Assembly: GCA_032718475.1 (NCBI GenBank)
Contig: JAUCBJ010002639.1
Location: 1 to 64,000, forward strand
Length of the DNA: 64,000 nt
Direction of reading: 5' to 3'
Origin: Nemertoderma westbladi
Taxonomy: Eukaryota > Animalia > Xenacoelomorpha
The notes under the pieces were generated by a model, which saw nothing but the letters and a program-made list of their open reading frames with translations, was not told the DNA's origin and made no database searches. Shown piece after piece: positions 11,524 to 23,903 of this stretch; position 1 is the stretch's first letter; the number at the start of each line of letters is the position of its first letter. A program made the translations under genes and the position numbers.

Positions 11524-13690
11524 CAGGTCTATAATTACCCTTAATAGGGTTCACTATAGGAGTTTCTACTTCGCTAGCAGTATAGATGCGTGTAGGCTCC
11601 ACACCTTGCGCATGAGATACTTCAGACCTAACAGGTTGACACATTGTTACAGGGGGTGGTGGTATCATACCCCTTTGTGTATTTACTAATTTATCGCGTT
11701 CTAGCGCGATACTTTGCTGCACTTCTTGCAACTCTAACCTACTTTCCCTTACTGTGCCCTTGAATTGCTGAACGGTCTCCTGCATCTGTCCGAGCAGGAG
11801 ATCCATCCCCCGTCGTCTCTCATCCACCCATTCGACCGCCGAAGCGGGATTCGCCAACGTTGTAGCGGGCGGACGAGGGACAACGGGCGACAAATCATGA
11901 ATATTTCGCTCGGAGTCCAGGGCATGAACTGTCTCATGGGCTGTTCTGCTGGGCACAGGTAGCTTGGTACTGTGCAAAGGGAATTTAGAGGTAGGTTCAG
12001 GGAGTACAGGTGTCTCTACCACCGAAAGGGTGGCTTCGGGAACAGGCCTAATTATTTCAGGCTCATCTACTATAGTAGGGAGTCTTTCTATTGTAATTAT
12101 TTGGTCTGTGGGTTCTGTACTACCTAAGTTGGTGTTATTTAGTTGCCTTCTAACAGCTGGGGGCAAATCAGGCAATTTCTGACGGTGGGACATTCTTTTA
12201 CGTCTGCTTAGGCGAGATCGATTTCCTCCGCCTTCAGTGTCGGTGGTATCGCCTTCCTCAGATGATGTATAACCTTGTCTTTTGGGAGTAGATCGATTCA
12301 TCATCTGCATATTACTAGCTGTTAACTGTTTATTAAAGTTGTCTTGTCTCTCTTGAAGATTTTCCAACTCTAGTTGGGTTGTCTCTTCAGATGCCCTCCG
12401 TTCTGCTTCTGCCACTGCTATTTTTCTTTCCGCTTCGGCTGCCTTTCTTTCCGCTTCTGCTGCTTTTCTTTCCGCTTCTGCCGCTGCCACTGCCACTGCT
12501 GCTGTCTTTCTATCTTCTATACGTTTTTTCTTTACTTGTTCTTCTTGAACCTTAGCGATGCGGATACTTTCATCAAATTTAGCTTGGTTCGCAGCTATCC
12601 TATCCACATCAATTGCGTCCAACACACGCTGGGCTCCTTCACTATTAGGGCTAAGTCCATCTAACCTTCTCCTCAACTCTTCATCTCCTAAAAAACGCTG
12701 ATAGTCTGACAGATAGATGTCAATGGCATCCCTCTTATGCGGTTTCTCTGCCGTCGCTTCACTTTCCACTTGGGAAAAAGTAGCGTCTGTTGATTCTCCA
12801 TGGGTTGAGCGCTCCTCCAGCTGAGCTTTCCACTGAGCTGTTCCTTGAACCTGGAGACTCACCCGCTGAAACCAAGTCTTTACGGCAACTTGCAACGACG
12901 TGTCTTGTCTTCTTTTAGAAGCCTCTTCAAAGGCCGATAAGATTAGCCTGATTCGCAGAATTCTTTCTCTAACTTGATAAAGCAGTTGTCCCTGCTCTTG
13001 AGGTCCTTGTGGTTGTTGAAACAGTTGTTCTTTTAGTCGCTCCATAGAGCTGAAGAATCCCTGTGCGTATCCGGCTGCGGACCTCTTCCACACAGCTGGA
13101 TCGATGGTTTCCTTGGTTACTCCCATCCGGTGTATGTCTTCCCAGGCAGCTTCTGATAAATCAAACGGGAGTCCGGGTCCGGGGAAGTTCCATTGCGACT
13201 CGACAATAGACTTCAGTTCTTCCCTTGTGTATCCCGCATAACTATCTTTAGTCGATCGCTGACTTCTCGCCCAATCGATCTGGTGTTCTTCCACCGCGAT
13301 CAATATCCTAGTGAGTACGGCTGCAGGCAGGATGAGAAGGGGATCCGAATAAACCGCATCCGTCATCTTTGCTCCGCGCTCGGGTGTCAGCTCTACAGTA
13401 TCCTCACTACTGGAGCTGTCGGGCCGCTGAGAAATAAGTTCTTGGCTCGCGGGTTGTTGCTGTTCCGCTGCTTCTTGGTCCCGCTTGACCTGGGCTCGAG
13501 TGCCTATGATAGACCTACGGTGTTGGACCAGCCTAGGTTCTGTTATTACTACTGGAGGGATGACCTTGCTTACAGTAGGAGGGGACTTGGACTTTGGTCT
13601 CAGACGCTCTATACTCTTAGCTGAGTCCCAGATCTTTTTAAGACCTTGTCTAACACTCATTCTAGCACTTTCTAAGAGGCTATCTGACAA
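11465..13690 (-). CDS. 741-aa ORF upstream of gag (N-terminal gag extension or separate ORF), coiled coil
   Basis: Overlaps the gag core ORF. AEAERKA coiled coil, Pro/Thr-rich C-half. Confidence 0.7.
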   Translation of the reverse strand: MSDSLLESARMSVRQGLKKIWDSAKSIERLRPKSKSPPTVSKVIPPVVITEPRLVQHRRSIIGTRAQVKRDQEAAEQQQPASQELISQRPDSSSSEDTVELTPERGAKMTDAVYSDPLLILPAAVLTRILIAVEEHQIDWARSQRSTKDSYAGYTREELKSIVESQWNFPGPGLPFDLSEAAWEDIHRMGVTKETIDPAVWKRSAAGYAQGFFSSMERLKEQLFQQPQGPQEQGQLLYQVRERILRIRLILSAFEEASKRRQDTSLQVAVKTWFQRVSLQVQGTAQWKAQLEERSTHGESTDATFSQVESEATAEKPHKRDAIDIYLSDYQRFLGDEELRRRLDGLSPNSEGAQRVLDAIDVDRIAANQAKFDESIRIAKVQEEQVKKKRIEDRKTAAVAVAAAEAERKAAEAERKAAEAERKIAVAEAERRASEETTQLELENLQERQDNFNKQLTASNMQMMNRSTPKRQGYTSSEEGDTTDTEGGGNRSRLSRRKRMSHRQKLPDLPPAVRRQLNNTNLGSTEPTDQIITIERLPTIVDEPEIIRPVPEATLSVVETPVLPEPTSKFPLHSTKLPVPSRTAHETVHALDSERNIHDLSPVVPRPPATTLANPASAVEWVDERRRGMDLLLGQMQETVQQFKGTVRESRLELQEVQQSIALERDKLVNTQRGMIPPPPVTMCQPVRSEVSHAQGVEPTRIYTASEVETPIVNPIKGNYRPVDNDIPYRPDHNPRNLYHR

Positions 13691-13845
13691 TGTTCTGTTT
13701 TGTGTCAGACATGTTTGATTGTCACAGTTGAATGCCTACTGCTATATTACAGTCTAAGCAAGTCTAGTAATTCAGCATTAACTGCTAGCCTAGTAATTAA
13801 TTACCGATACTGCTACTCAGTGTAGCGTGATATATATATAATATT

Positions 13846-14210
13846 AGAATACCGGTATGCTTATAGTATATATAAGTATTATTAGTAACTAGAATTAATT
13901 ACAGAATACCGGTATGATTTCAGCCTAAATTTATATATATAATAGGCCTATCGTGAATACCGGTATACAGCTTACACTTATAATGTATATATATAAGTAT
14001 AATTACAGACTAGAATTACAGAATACCGGTATGATTTTAGCCTAAATTTATATATATAATAGGCCTATCTTGAATACCGGTATACAGCTTACACTTATAA
14101 TGTATATATATAAGTATAATTACAGACTAGAATTAATTACAGAATACCGGTATGATTTCAGCCTATATTTATAAAAATAAAGATAATAAGCCTATTGTAA
14201 ATACCGGTAT
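13846..14210. repeat. ~118-bp AT-rich tandem repeats in the element 2 leader
   Basis: Recurrent GAATACCGGTAT units with near-identical flanks. Confidence 0.8.
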
Positions 14211-15173
14211 ATCAATTATTTTAGAATAATTGAATTTCTGAATTTTAAGGGTTACTTGGTTACTTTAACTTACTTTATTACCGTTATTTAAGCAGTAGTC
14301 CAACTGATATTGAGACCTAATTGTTGTATGGCAGGCCTACTATTTATAAATCGTTTGAGTTGATTTATAATATATATATACCCGTTTAATGGGTTTTGTC
14401 AATATTTGAAATAAATGTTATTATTTCTGGGGGAGTCACTACACAGAAGCTGTGCGCTCTCAGTGGAGTGCTACTTGTTAGACACTAAAACAAATAATTC
14501 TAATTTACCTAAGTTACTTGTCACTACAAATTACGTACCGTTCTGGTTGAGATTACAATCTCTAAATAAACACAAAATTTAATTACAAATACACAAATAC
14601 GAATTTTTAGGGTAATTTTACAAGAAGTTTACTAACCAGCCTAACAAAGGGTTAGAATATCTGGTTATTACAACGGACAGGTTACTACGGTATTTGAAAA
14701 TAATAAGTAGTAGTAAATATACTGCGTTGTCCAGATAGGAAAATACCACCGCCTGACGACCTATAACCGTATCGCTATAGGTACTACGTTATGTATCACG
14801 GAGTGTTCCTACCTAGAAGTTAATTACCGCGGTCTACCAGAACCAACGTGCCTATTAACCACTTTACAACACAAATATACTGCCTACACACTAATCACCT
14901 TCGGAAAGTACTGTACACTAAACCCTAAATTAGGTACAAGTACTTGTACAACAAATAATCAGTCGTTAAAAATACTTGAACAGCTAAAAGAACCACGGTA
15001 TCTGCCGGAGTGACCAAAGCATAAAATCTCCAGTCTTTACCTACGCCGAGCAGCCCTGATGTAGTACCGGGGTTAGTTTAACTATAACGGTATGTATAAC
15101 AAACACAATTACTGTAGGAATAAACTTGGGGATATGAATGTTGCGAATAATTGCATAAACTCTGAATAATAAA

Positions 15174-15745
15174 TATTACGCTACGCGTACAAACCACTCA
15201 AACAAAATGCAGACCAAATACTGACAGACTACTATCAAGCCTAAACAAACTACGGTATATGCAGACTCCGAAATGATTAGTTAGTATGCGTTCTAACCCA
15301 GTAGTACGACTTATTCTTTCACAGGGGGTTTACCTCACAGCACTTGAAGCCCCTACTTTCCTAACTAGCACTTTATCGGACAGATGCTCTACACACACCG
15401 AAATTTCCTCAAACCCAACAACAGCCAGACAACTATCCAGCCTACAAATTATCTAAATAAAATTATACGCTACCCGTACAGACTACACAAACAAAGTACA
15501 GACCAAACGCTGGCAGACTACTATCAAGCCTAAATAAACTACAGTATATGCAGACTCCGAAATGATTAGTTAGTATGCGTTCTAACCCAGTAGTACGACT
15601 TATTCTTTCACAGGGGGTTTACCTCACAGCACTTGAAGCCCCTACTTTCCTAACTTAGCACTTTATCGGACAGATGCTCTACACACACTGCAATCCGTTC
15701 AGACTTAACAACGGTTAGACAACAGTCCAGCCTACAAATTATCTG
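15174..15745. repeat. ~289-bp direct duplication in the element 2 leader
   Basis: cagactccgaaatgattagttagtatgcgttctaaccc...gatgctctacacacac occurs near 15262 and 15551. Confidence 0.9.
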
Positions 15746-16045
15746 TACAATCGGAGCAGGCTTACACGCCTTCTGCTCAATATTAACCTACAAATAAATA
15801 AAACTTGACAGAAACAAGTAAAATCTCAATAAAAAACCAGGGCGGCCGTCCCTGATTAATTATTAAGGCCTACCGGTATATAATTATAAAAATCGAATAA
15901 TACTGCTGTACCTGTACTGTAAGTACCGGTTCGGATGATCAGGCAGTCAGGCCTACTGGTTACAGCAGTACAGGTTACCGTTCGACCGGTACCGGTACTT
16001 TCGACTTGATTGCTTACGCCGCAATCCAGAAGCAATATCTGTTAT

Positions 16046-17211
16046 TGTTTGCGCTTTTAAGACCTTTGACAGTTTAACCTGCCAAATTAGGATGTCTTTT
16101 AGATGATATATAGTCTTTAGCCTATGACGAGTATTTGATACACTACATTAGCCGAAGCCAGTCTATGCGCAATCATTCACCCGCTGGATATACCCGGGAG
16201 ACTGAATTCGGAAGCTTAATGATTGATGGTGTAAGCCTACTGTATTATTCGACTGATCGTAATATATAATCTCTGACAAATATTATTCACTTTCGGGAAA
16301 TATTAACAGTTCCTTTAGGACGTGGCGCTCTAAATATGTAAACAGAGTTATGACTTAAACTAGACACAACGAAAAGGCTATAGATTCACGTATATGGCGC
16401 ATTCTTTAGGAGATGCTTTGTTATCAGTTACAATCATACACAATGCTGCACAATACTGCACACTAATCTGCCGACCTTCACTAAATTTAGTCACGTATAA
16501 AGAGAGCAACATACAATTTATGTCGGGCCTATGAAATAGCATTAGATTCACTTCAAACCACTTAACATAGGTCGCAATCGTTTATCTGTAACCGGTCTCT
16601 CTAACCTTTAGTATATCAAGAAGGTTGGGGTGTCTGACTATTGATCAGTATTCCGATATAATATTTCATCAACAAATATAATGAATAACCGACAGTAAAA
16701 GCAGTAATATTAGTATATGATTATGGTATAGTTAACTCGATTTGTTGGTTGAGTTAAGTAATTCTCGATAACAGATATACGTTCTATAATTAAGCCTACT
16801 AATGTTAAGCTAAAGACTGAAACACGGAGGTGCCAAAAGCCGGTGTTCTTAGGCTCTGGGCAAAAACATAACACTGAATTACTGAGTTTCTGTATCCACC
16901 TCCAACACAGAGACAAAAAACGCTCTGATTGGTCGACCGAACAACGAGAGAACAAAGAAACAAAGAAATGTCGACGTGGCAATATCAGCTGTTAGCCGTC
17001 GTCATGGTAGCGACACTGTTTTCAAGAGGATCTAGCTTATTGCGTCACGAGATTGCGGATTATGTCCTCTAAAGTACAAATACAGAAGAAATGACTTTTA
17101 TGTCCTCTAAAACACCAGTACAGCAAGGACACGGCCTTTTTATGCCTGGTAAACCAACTACAGAGTACCTTTAAGGGAAAATAACCGGTTAATTACGCAA
17201 AAGCTTTTACA
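16046..17211 (-). repeat. LTR (~1.17 kb), probable 5' LTR of element 2
   Basis: Colinear homology with 60467..61696. Both read TGTAAAAGCTT...GCG(C/A)AACA-type termini on the minus strand and share a ctctgATTGG box. Flanks do not form a TSD, so this is not a clean solo LTR. Confidence 0.75.
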
Positions 17212-17476
17212 AACTCTGCTAGGGTATTTCAGTATAACTATTAACTCATACGTACATTTTAATCCTTCCCAACCCTGTAGCATATTTCCAAACACCATGA
17301 AATGTTTTTGCACGACAATATAAGTCACTTTATAATATAAGGTGTATTTCCATATCACCACAATTTCGTAATATATTGTTTTGGTTATAATAACTAAAAT
17401 AAATTAAATGATAATAAAATTTGTTAATTTCCTGTGTCGAGATAACAACTCGCCTTCGCTTTCAATCTACAAGAAG

Positions 17477-17755
17477 GTATTTTTAAATGAGACAGGGGTG
17501 GGGGGGGGGGGTGGGAAACTCGACGCAAATCCCGCCTTGGCGAATTAATATCCCGCCTCAATGTTAAATTCTCAATTTAGGGAAAGGAGCAGGTTACAGT
17601 GGCACGTTATTTTAACCAAAACAATAAACTAAGCACAATAGAACAGGTTACAGTTTTATTTTTGAGAATAATCAGCTGTTATTTGCGTCGAATTTCCCCT
17701 GGAGAGGGATGAATTTTTATTGCGTCCAGTTTCCCCCCTATCTGTTTTAAATAGG
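17477..17755. mobile_element. MITE (~280 bp), copy 1
   Basis: Inverted ends gggaaactcgacgcaa / ttgcgtccagtttccc; second copy in the TBC1D22 intron. Confidence 0.7.
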
Positions 17756-19840
17756 TATCTCTTTCGACATTTTTACCTTAGAGTGTTCGTTGATAACGAT
17801 AGGGAGATGTCGTTGTTGCAGAGAAACTAATTCTGTGTTGAGCAAAATTATATGTGGAATCCATCATCGAGATCTTTCGTTCTCCACCAACGAATCACTT
17901 TTAAGGTTGAAGAATAATTGAGTTGTAATTGGTTCAAACGCCAATGTGAAGAATACCAGGTTTTAACTTTTCGGTCGAAATTTTATTGTAATTGTATATC
18001 TGAAGAATTTGGACTTTTTTAATTTCTCATTAGGCCTATTAAGTATTATATAGCGCTATTTCTTTCTTTTAAACACTTTTTCAAACGCTTGTAGCTAAAG
18101 AAGGAAAGCGAAAATGAAGATTCTGACTCACCTAGTGAGGAGGGAGGTGAAACTATCGATGTTTCAAATTTCATACAATCTCATTAAGATTTGTAGAAAA
18201 ACATTGTGTGGGGGGGGGAGGTGGGGGGAGGGGTAATGCAGGACCTAAAATAATTGTATCGTCCCCCCCACTTTTGGGAACGTGGCTGCGCCCCTGTTGG
18301 CGTATGAACGGTACAGTCTGACAGCAGCGGTGTGGGTATGTGAAAAATACATACCAGACCGATAGTCCCCACGCGCCAAGCGTATAAGCCGTAAGCAATA
18401 GGGCCTACTCAATTTATCACTGTACCGGTATCGGATGAGTCACTGAGTCAGTCAGCAAGGTACTTTCACTTTTATTGTCGGAGGTCAGCGACAATACTGC
18501 TGTATTTTAATCCGACAGCCTAGCTGGAATTGGAATTATAATTTTTTATTAGACGTCAAATCAATTAAAATATGAACAATAACGATAACATAATAAAATA
18601 GTTAACAGCCACGAAAGGCATCGTACCATTACATTAAACTCGCAGCCTCGAATATCCTATGTTAGTGAATGGGAAGGATTTTTCTCAGTATTATTATCCA
18701 TTAACGTAATTATCGAACTCCAGCTAGCTGGGCAGATGTAGCATGCAGGGTGGAGTGTAGAGTAGGCCTACAGTTGAATTTTCGACGGTAGGGTGTCCCA
18801 CAGTTCCTGCACTTTGTAAATCAGTGCTAGTTGTTGGACTTGAGAAACGTTTCAAAAATGCTCACAAAAAAAGTTATAAAAAATAAACCTTTTAGCAATG
18901 ATAAACGGATTTCCAAAGGTAAGGGTATTTTCAATATTTCTAAACCCTTATGGGGGGGGGGGGGGTCCTTCTTAGACAAAGGCGCCTTTAATCAGCAGTA
19001 ATTTTGATCGGTAGTATTACCGATCTTCGTAATTATTGTAAAAATGCGTATTTTTGAGATTTTGACCATCCTGTTGTCCCGTTTATCATGACTATAATAC
19101 TTTAATAATGGTTGTTAACTCTCTGAACAAATTAGCCTTTTTTGACAACAAAAATAATAATATTCTTTGATAAGAAAAAAAGTATAGGAAAGAAGCACTT
19201 TCTGTCACTAATTTTTATTCACTGAAATTCAATTACAGTATTATTATGTACGAAGGTATGCGTTTTTCAATAGTTGATAGGTTTTCATCAGCACTGGTCA
19301 AACTGGCTGCCTTGGCTCTCATTTCAAATTCCATGTGAACCCATTATAATTAAGATTTGAGGTGGGATGGGGGGGGGGGGGGGGGGTGTTGTGTAGGCCT
19401 AATAATATTATATTGAAGGACATATGGTGTAGGTCGTTAAGAGTTTTTAATTTAGAGTTCAAACGATCACCGAATGAACTATATGGAATATTTTATAACT
19501 TTGTGTTGTTATTGGCGATGGCCGAGGAAGGACGGAATTCAAATATCAATCCAACCAACTCTCATTAATTTCATTTAATATAAATAGTTGTCATTGTTTC
19601 TAGGCAACCACAATGCTGCTTGCCAATAACTCGTATAATGATTATGGCAAAACCTGGTTGGTTACCTATGGCGACGCACGAAAACATTAATACACCCGGC
19701 ATTACAAGTTGTTATGAGCTGCTGTTGCATTTAATATTAAATTTATATTCAATATTACGAAGCTCTATTTAAGGCTAGTATAAGTTTATTTAAAATTAAA
19801 GTAACCATTACTAAATACTTCACTAGAAACAGAGAGCAAT

Positions 19841-21985
19841 ATGGTTGCGGAAACTAGAAAATCCAAAGGCCAACAACGGGAGATATCTGATCCCTGCTTC
19901 AAAGGTCCGGCGACCCATAGAGGTTGTACAGATGTGATCGCTTTGGTCGTCTATTGGTTATTCCTGATGGGTTTAATCGTTGTAAGTATATTCGCTTACA
20001 CGGGAGGGGACCCAGACAGACTCACACACCCAACGGATTGGAAAGGAAGACCTTGCGGTGTAAATGAGAACTTACATAAACCGTATTTATTCAATATCGA
20101 CCTACTCAAATGCCTAAAAGAATCGGATAGCGGCGAACCTATTGCTAACGACGCGGTGAACTTCCAATGTGAGTCACCACAGATATGCGTTGGTTCTTGT
20201 CCTTCAGCTAATTGGTTCGCCATGCCGGATATATTGGCCCAGAAGTTGGATAACAACAAGGCGGTTGATACGAGAGACTTCCTTCGATTCTGTCAGTACG
20301 GGGTGGATCCAGCACGAAGGCCAGAAAAGTTCTACCAAGTAATAATGGACGAATTGTGCCCGGGGTACCTGTTTGAAAGTATAATTATTCTACAAAGATG
20401 TTTCCCACTACTTTTGGAACACTTCGAGGAATCAGGATATAAGTTTCTAAATGATTCGGAAATTAGCGTAACTGTCGACAAATCTAATATCCCAGGGGAT
20501 GTTCTGGTGGTCCCGGACACCAAAGGGATGTTGGCTCAATACCCAATACAAGGGGAAGGGAACTCCAAATATATACAGTACATCGAAATGGAGGAAGCGT
20601 CCAAAGTGGTGCTCAAACACATAGACAGTTTAGAACTCGGGGAGAAAATATTCCAGGATATTTACGAGGTGTTTCCATGGATATTGATTCTAGTAGTAGT
20701 TGCTATGGTGTTGTCCCTGTTTAACGTTATTCTCATGAGATGGATCCCGACCCAAGTAATATGGGCTAATGTTATATTAGTAGTGGCGCTATTTATCGGG
20801 TCTTTTAGCTTCTCTGTTTATCAATTAGTAAATATATCGAATCTAAAAGGAAGCAATGTCTCGACTTTAAGTCGTTCGATTTCTGCTGTCTCTCAAGGAG
20901 AAGGTTTCTGGATTGCTGTATCGGTTTTCTCAATACTATCAACGATCGTTTACGTTTTATTAATAATTGTTATCTTTAAGAGACGCGAACTAGCAATAAA
21001 GATGATCGAGCAGTCAAACCGACCAATCTACGGTGTTACAACAACTTTATTTTATCCGATTCTAGGCGTAACGCTACAAAGTATAGCGCTGGGCGGATTC
21101 ACTTGCATCGCTATATTCTTAGCGTCCCACGGTGAGGCTCAGTACAAGGTAATGAGTTCCAACGTCGATGAATTGGGTAAACCCTGCGATCCGGAATTAT
21201 ATTATCCGGTTAACAGCGGCGATTCCTGCGTGTTCATTCGATACTACAGCCAATGGGTGTTCTACACATTGCACGTATATAACGTATTCGCTTTAATATG
21301 GAATGTTAATTTCATTCTGGGTATTTACGAAATGATTTTGGCTGGGACGTTTGCCAGCTATTTGTGGTGCAATGAGAAAACCGGTCTACAAATCCCAGAT
21401 TTTCCGATAGTCAACGCAACAGCTGTTACTCTCGGCTTTCACTTAGGAACTATCGCTTTCGCCGCCATACCCATGGCAGTAATGAGTCCAATCAGAGCTG
21501 TGTTGCTTTTTGTAAACAACGGGAGATCTTTAGTCGCTCCTTTCCTAAACTTTAGCAGACTTTCCTACATAAAGGTTGCCATCAGTGGGAAAGGAATTTT
21601 CAGATCTTCAAGCGCTGTGGAAAATTTAATAAAAAAACACCAGACGAAAGTAACTTCGATAAACAACGTTTCCAATTTTATGATTTTCATCTGCAAAATT
21701 TCTACGACGTTAGTGGTGGGCGTTCTGAGTTTTATACTTTTCAGTGGAAGTATTCAATTACCGTTTACGGTTTCCACTCTCAATTACTATTGGTTGCCTA
21801 TCGTGATCGTCATGGTAACATCCTACGTGATCGCGTCTATGTTCCTGGATGTTTTTAGCGTCTCTATGGATACGCTATACATATGTCTCCTTGAAGATGT
21901 TGGAAGATTTGATGGCCAAAGTAGTAGTCGCGCCTCCAAATACGTAATGCCTAAGGAACTCCGACAGCTGTTAACAAAGACATAA
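19841..21985 (+). CDS. SLC44: Choline transporter-like protein (SLC44/CTL2-4-like), intronless, 714 aa
   Basis: DP.FKGP..RGCTDV, GDPDRL.HPTD..GRPCG, Cys-rich ectodomain, about 10 TM segments, FHLGTIAF, LNYYWLP, DTLYICLLED. Confidence 0.93.
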   Translation: MVAETRKSKGQQREISDPCFKGPATHRGCTDVIALVVYWLFLMGLIVVSIFAYTGGDPDRLTHPTDWKGRPCGVNENLHKPYLFNIDLLKCLKESDSGEPIANDAVNFQCESPQICVGSCPSANWFAMPDILAQKLDNNKAVDTRDFLRFCQYGVDPARRPEKFYQVIMDELCPGYLFESIIILQRCFPLLLEHFEESGYKFLNDSEISVTVDKSNIPGDVLVVPDTKGMLAQYPIQGEGNSKYIQYIEMEEASKVVLKHIDSLELGEKIFQDIYEVFPWILILVVVAMVLSLFNVILMRWIPTQVIWANVILVVALFIGSFSFSVYQLVNISNLKGSNVSTLSRSISAVSQGEGFWIAVSVFSILSTIVYVLLIIVIFKRRELAIKMIEQSNRPIYGVTTTLFYPILGVTLQSIALGGFTCIAIFLASHGEAQYKVMSSNVDELGKPCDPELYYPVNSGDSCVFIRYYSQWVFYTLHVYNVFALIWNVNFILGIYEMILAGTFASYLWCNEKTGLQIPDFPIVNATAVTLGFHLGTIAFAAIPMAVMSPIRAVLLFVNNGRSLVAPFLNFSRLSYIKVAISGKGIFRSSSAVENLIKKHQTKVTSINNVSNFMIFICKISTTLVVGVLSFILFSGSIQLPFTVSTLNYYWLPIVIVMVTSYVIASMFLDVFSVSMDTLYICLLEDVGRFDGQSSSRASKYVMPKELRQLLTKT

Positions 21986-22932
21986 AGAGGCAACATAAAG
22001 GGTCAATGTGGCCCCTTGTTAAAAATTTGTTAAAAAAGATCCCGGCAATTCCTATACATTTTAGAACTAAAACCGATCGTGACATTAAATAACAATTTAG
22101 TAAATCACGTAACAGTAGTTAATTTATTTTGTAACATTATTTTATATTTCTAAGTATATTCAAATAAAGAATGTTAAGCAACAAAAAAGTGAAAATTTAA
22201 AAATAAAATTACGAATTACATGGGAAAAAATGTTGAACATTATTACAGTTAAATATATAATAATCATAATATTGCCAAAGGTACTTCTTATGATTATAAC
22301 AATTACAAGCAGTGTCGGGGAGGGGGGGTATAAAAATAAAACGAAATTATCAACTGGTAGGCAAGTAAACTCATTAAATTTTATTATTAAGCATTTCTTA
22401 AATAATTACAATAGATATTTCCACGACTCTGAAATACGAATAATAAACATTATTCCGGTATAATTAGTTACAATTGTATTGTTATTTACAAAAGGTCAAT
22501 GTATTACATACACACACCTACACCCAAGGTTATAGACCGTATACTACACCACACTTACTGCAGTCAGAGTTATAATAGAACAGTCCCTCCACCCCAGTCT
22601 ACTAACCCACCAGTAGTGGGGAAGTGTAAATATTTTACCAGCACCGTTCTCTTTAATTAAATTTTTTAGAAGCAGGGAGTTCATTTGTTATTTTAGAACG
22701 ATGAATTTATTCTAGAACAAATTCATGGTCAATAAATTAATTCGACACAACAATTATTGACTGCCTCACTTGGGGTGGGGGTGAAATGCACCCGATTAGA
22801 CCATATGCGTAATACTTTCAATGAGTCGAAATGAAACTTTTTGCAAAAACGATACAATAATGAGAGATTCGTTATTCGTAGGTTTCGACTCTATGGCGGC
22901 ATGTTACAGAAAACGTAGCGCCTAATGGCAGC

Positions 22933-23903
22933 GCGCGGATGATAGTTCCGCACGCGGAAGATAGTTCCGCGCGCGGAAGATAGTTCCGCACGCGGAAGAT
23001 AGTTCCGCGCGCGGAAGATAGTTCCGCACGCGGAAGATAGTACCGCACGCGGAAGATAGTTCCGCACGCGGAAGATAGTTCCGCGCGCGGAAGATAGTTC
23101 CGCGCGCGGAAGATAGTTCCGCGCGCGGAAGATAGTTCCGCGCGCGGAAGATAGTTCCGCGCGCGGAAGATAGTTCCGCACGCGGAAGATAGTACCGCAC
23201 GCGGAAGATAGTTCCGCACGCGGAAGATAGTTCCGCGCGCGGAAGATAGTTCCGCGCGCGGAAGATAGTTCCGCGCGCGGAAGATAGTACCGCACGCGGA
23301 AGATAGTTCCGCACGCGGAAGATAGTTCCGCGCGCGGAAGATAGTTCCGCACGCAGAAGATAGTTCCGCACGCAGAAGATAGTTCCGCGCGCGGAAGATA
23401 GTTCCGCACGCGGAAGATAGTTCCGCGCGCGGAAGATAGTACCGCACGCGGAAGATAGTTCCGCACGCGGAAGATAGTTCCGCGCGCGGAAGATAGTTCC
23501 GCACGCGGAAGATAGTACCGCACGCGGAAGATAGTTCCGCACGCGGAAGATAGTTCCGCACGCGGAAGATAGTTCCGCACGCGGAAGATAGTTCCGCACG
23601 CGGAAGATAGTTCCGCGCGCGGAAGATAGTACCGCACGCGGAAGATAGTTCCGCACGCGGAAGATAGTTCCGCGCGCGGAAGATAGTACCGCACGCGGAA
23701 GATAGTTCCGCACGTGGAAGATAGTTCCGCGCGCGGAAGATAGTTCCGCACGCGGAAGATAGTTCCGCACGCGGAAGATAGTTCCGCACGCGGAAGATAG
23801 TTCCGCACGCGGAAGATAGTTCCGCACGCGGAAGATAGTTCCGCGCGCGGAAGATAGTTCCGCACGCGGAAGATAGTTCCGCGCGCGGAAGATAGTTCCG
23901 CAC
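22933..23903. repeat. 19-bp minisatellite (GAAGATAGTTCCGC[A/G]CGCG), about 51 copies
   Basis: Head-to-tail units with no spacers. Confidence 0.97.

Larger units (their letters stand above)
6441..17211 (-). mobile_element. BEL/Pao LTR retrotransposon, element 2 (5' LTR, ~2.3-kb leader, gag-pol interrupted in integrase)
   Basis: Domain order gag-PR-RT-RNaseH-IN. LTR defined by homology with 60467..61696. Linking this LTR to the element is an inference from position and orientation. Confidence 0.85.

Noticed and set aside
227-13718. Many plus-strand ORFs over the BEL elements
   Set aside because: Antisense shadows of gag-pol with no recognisable motifs.
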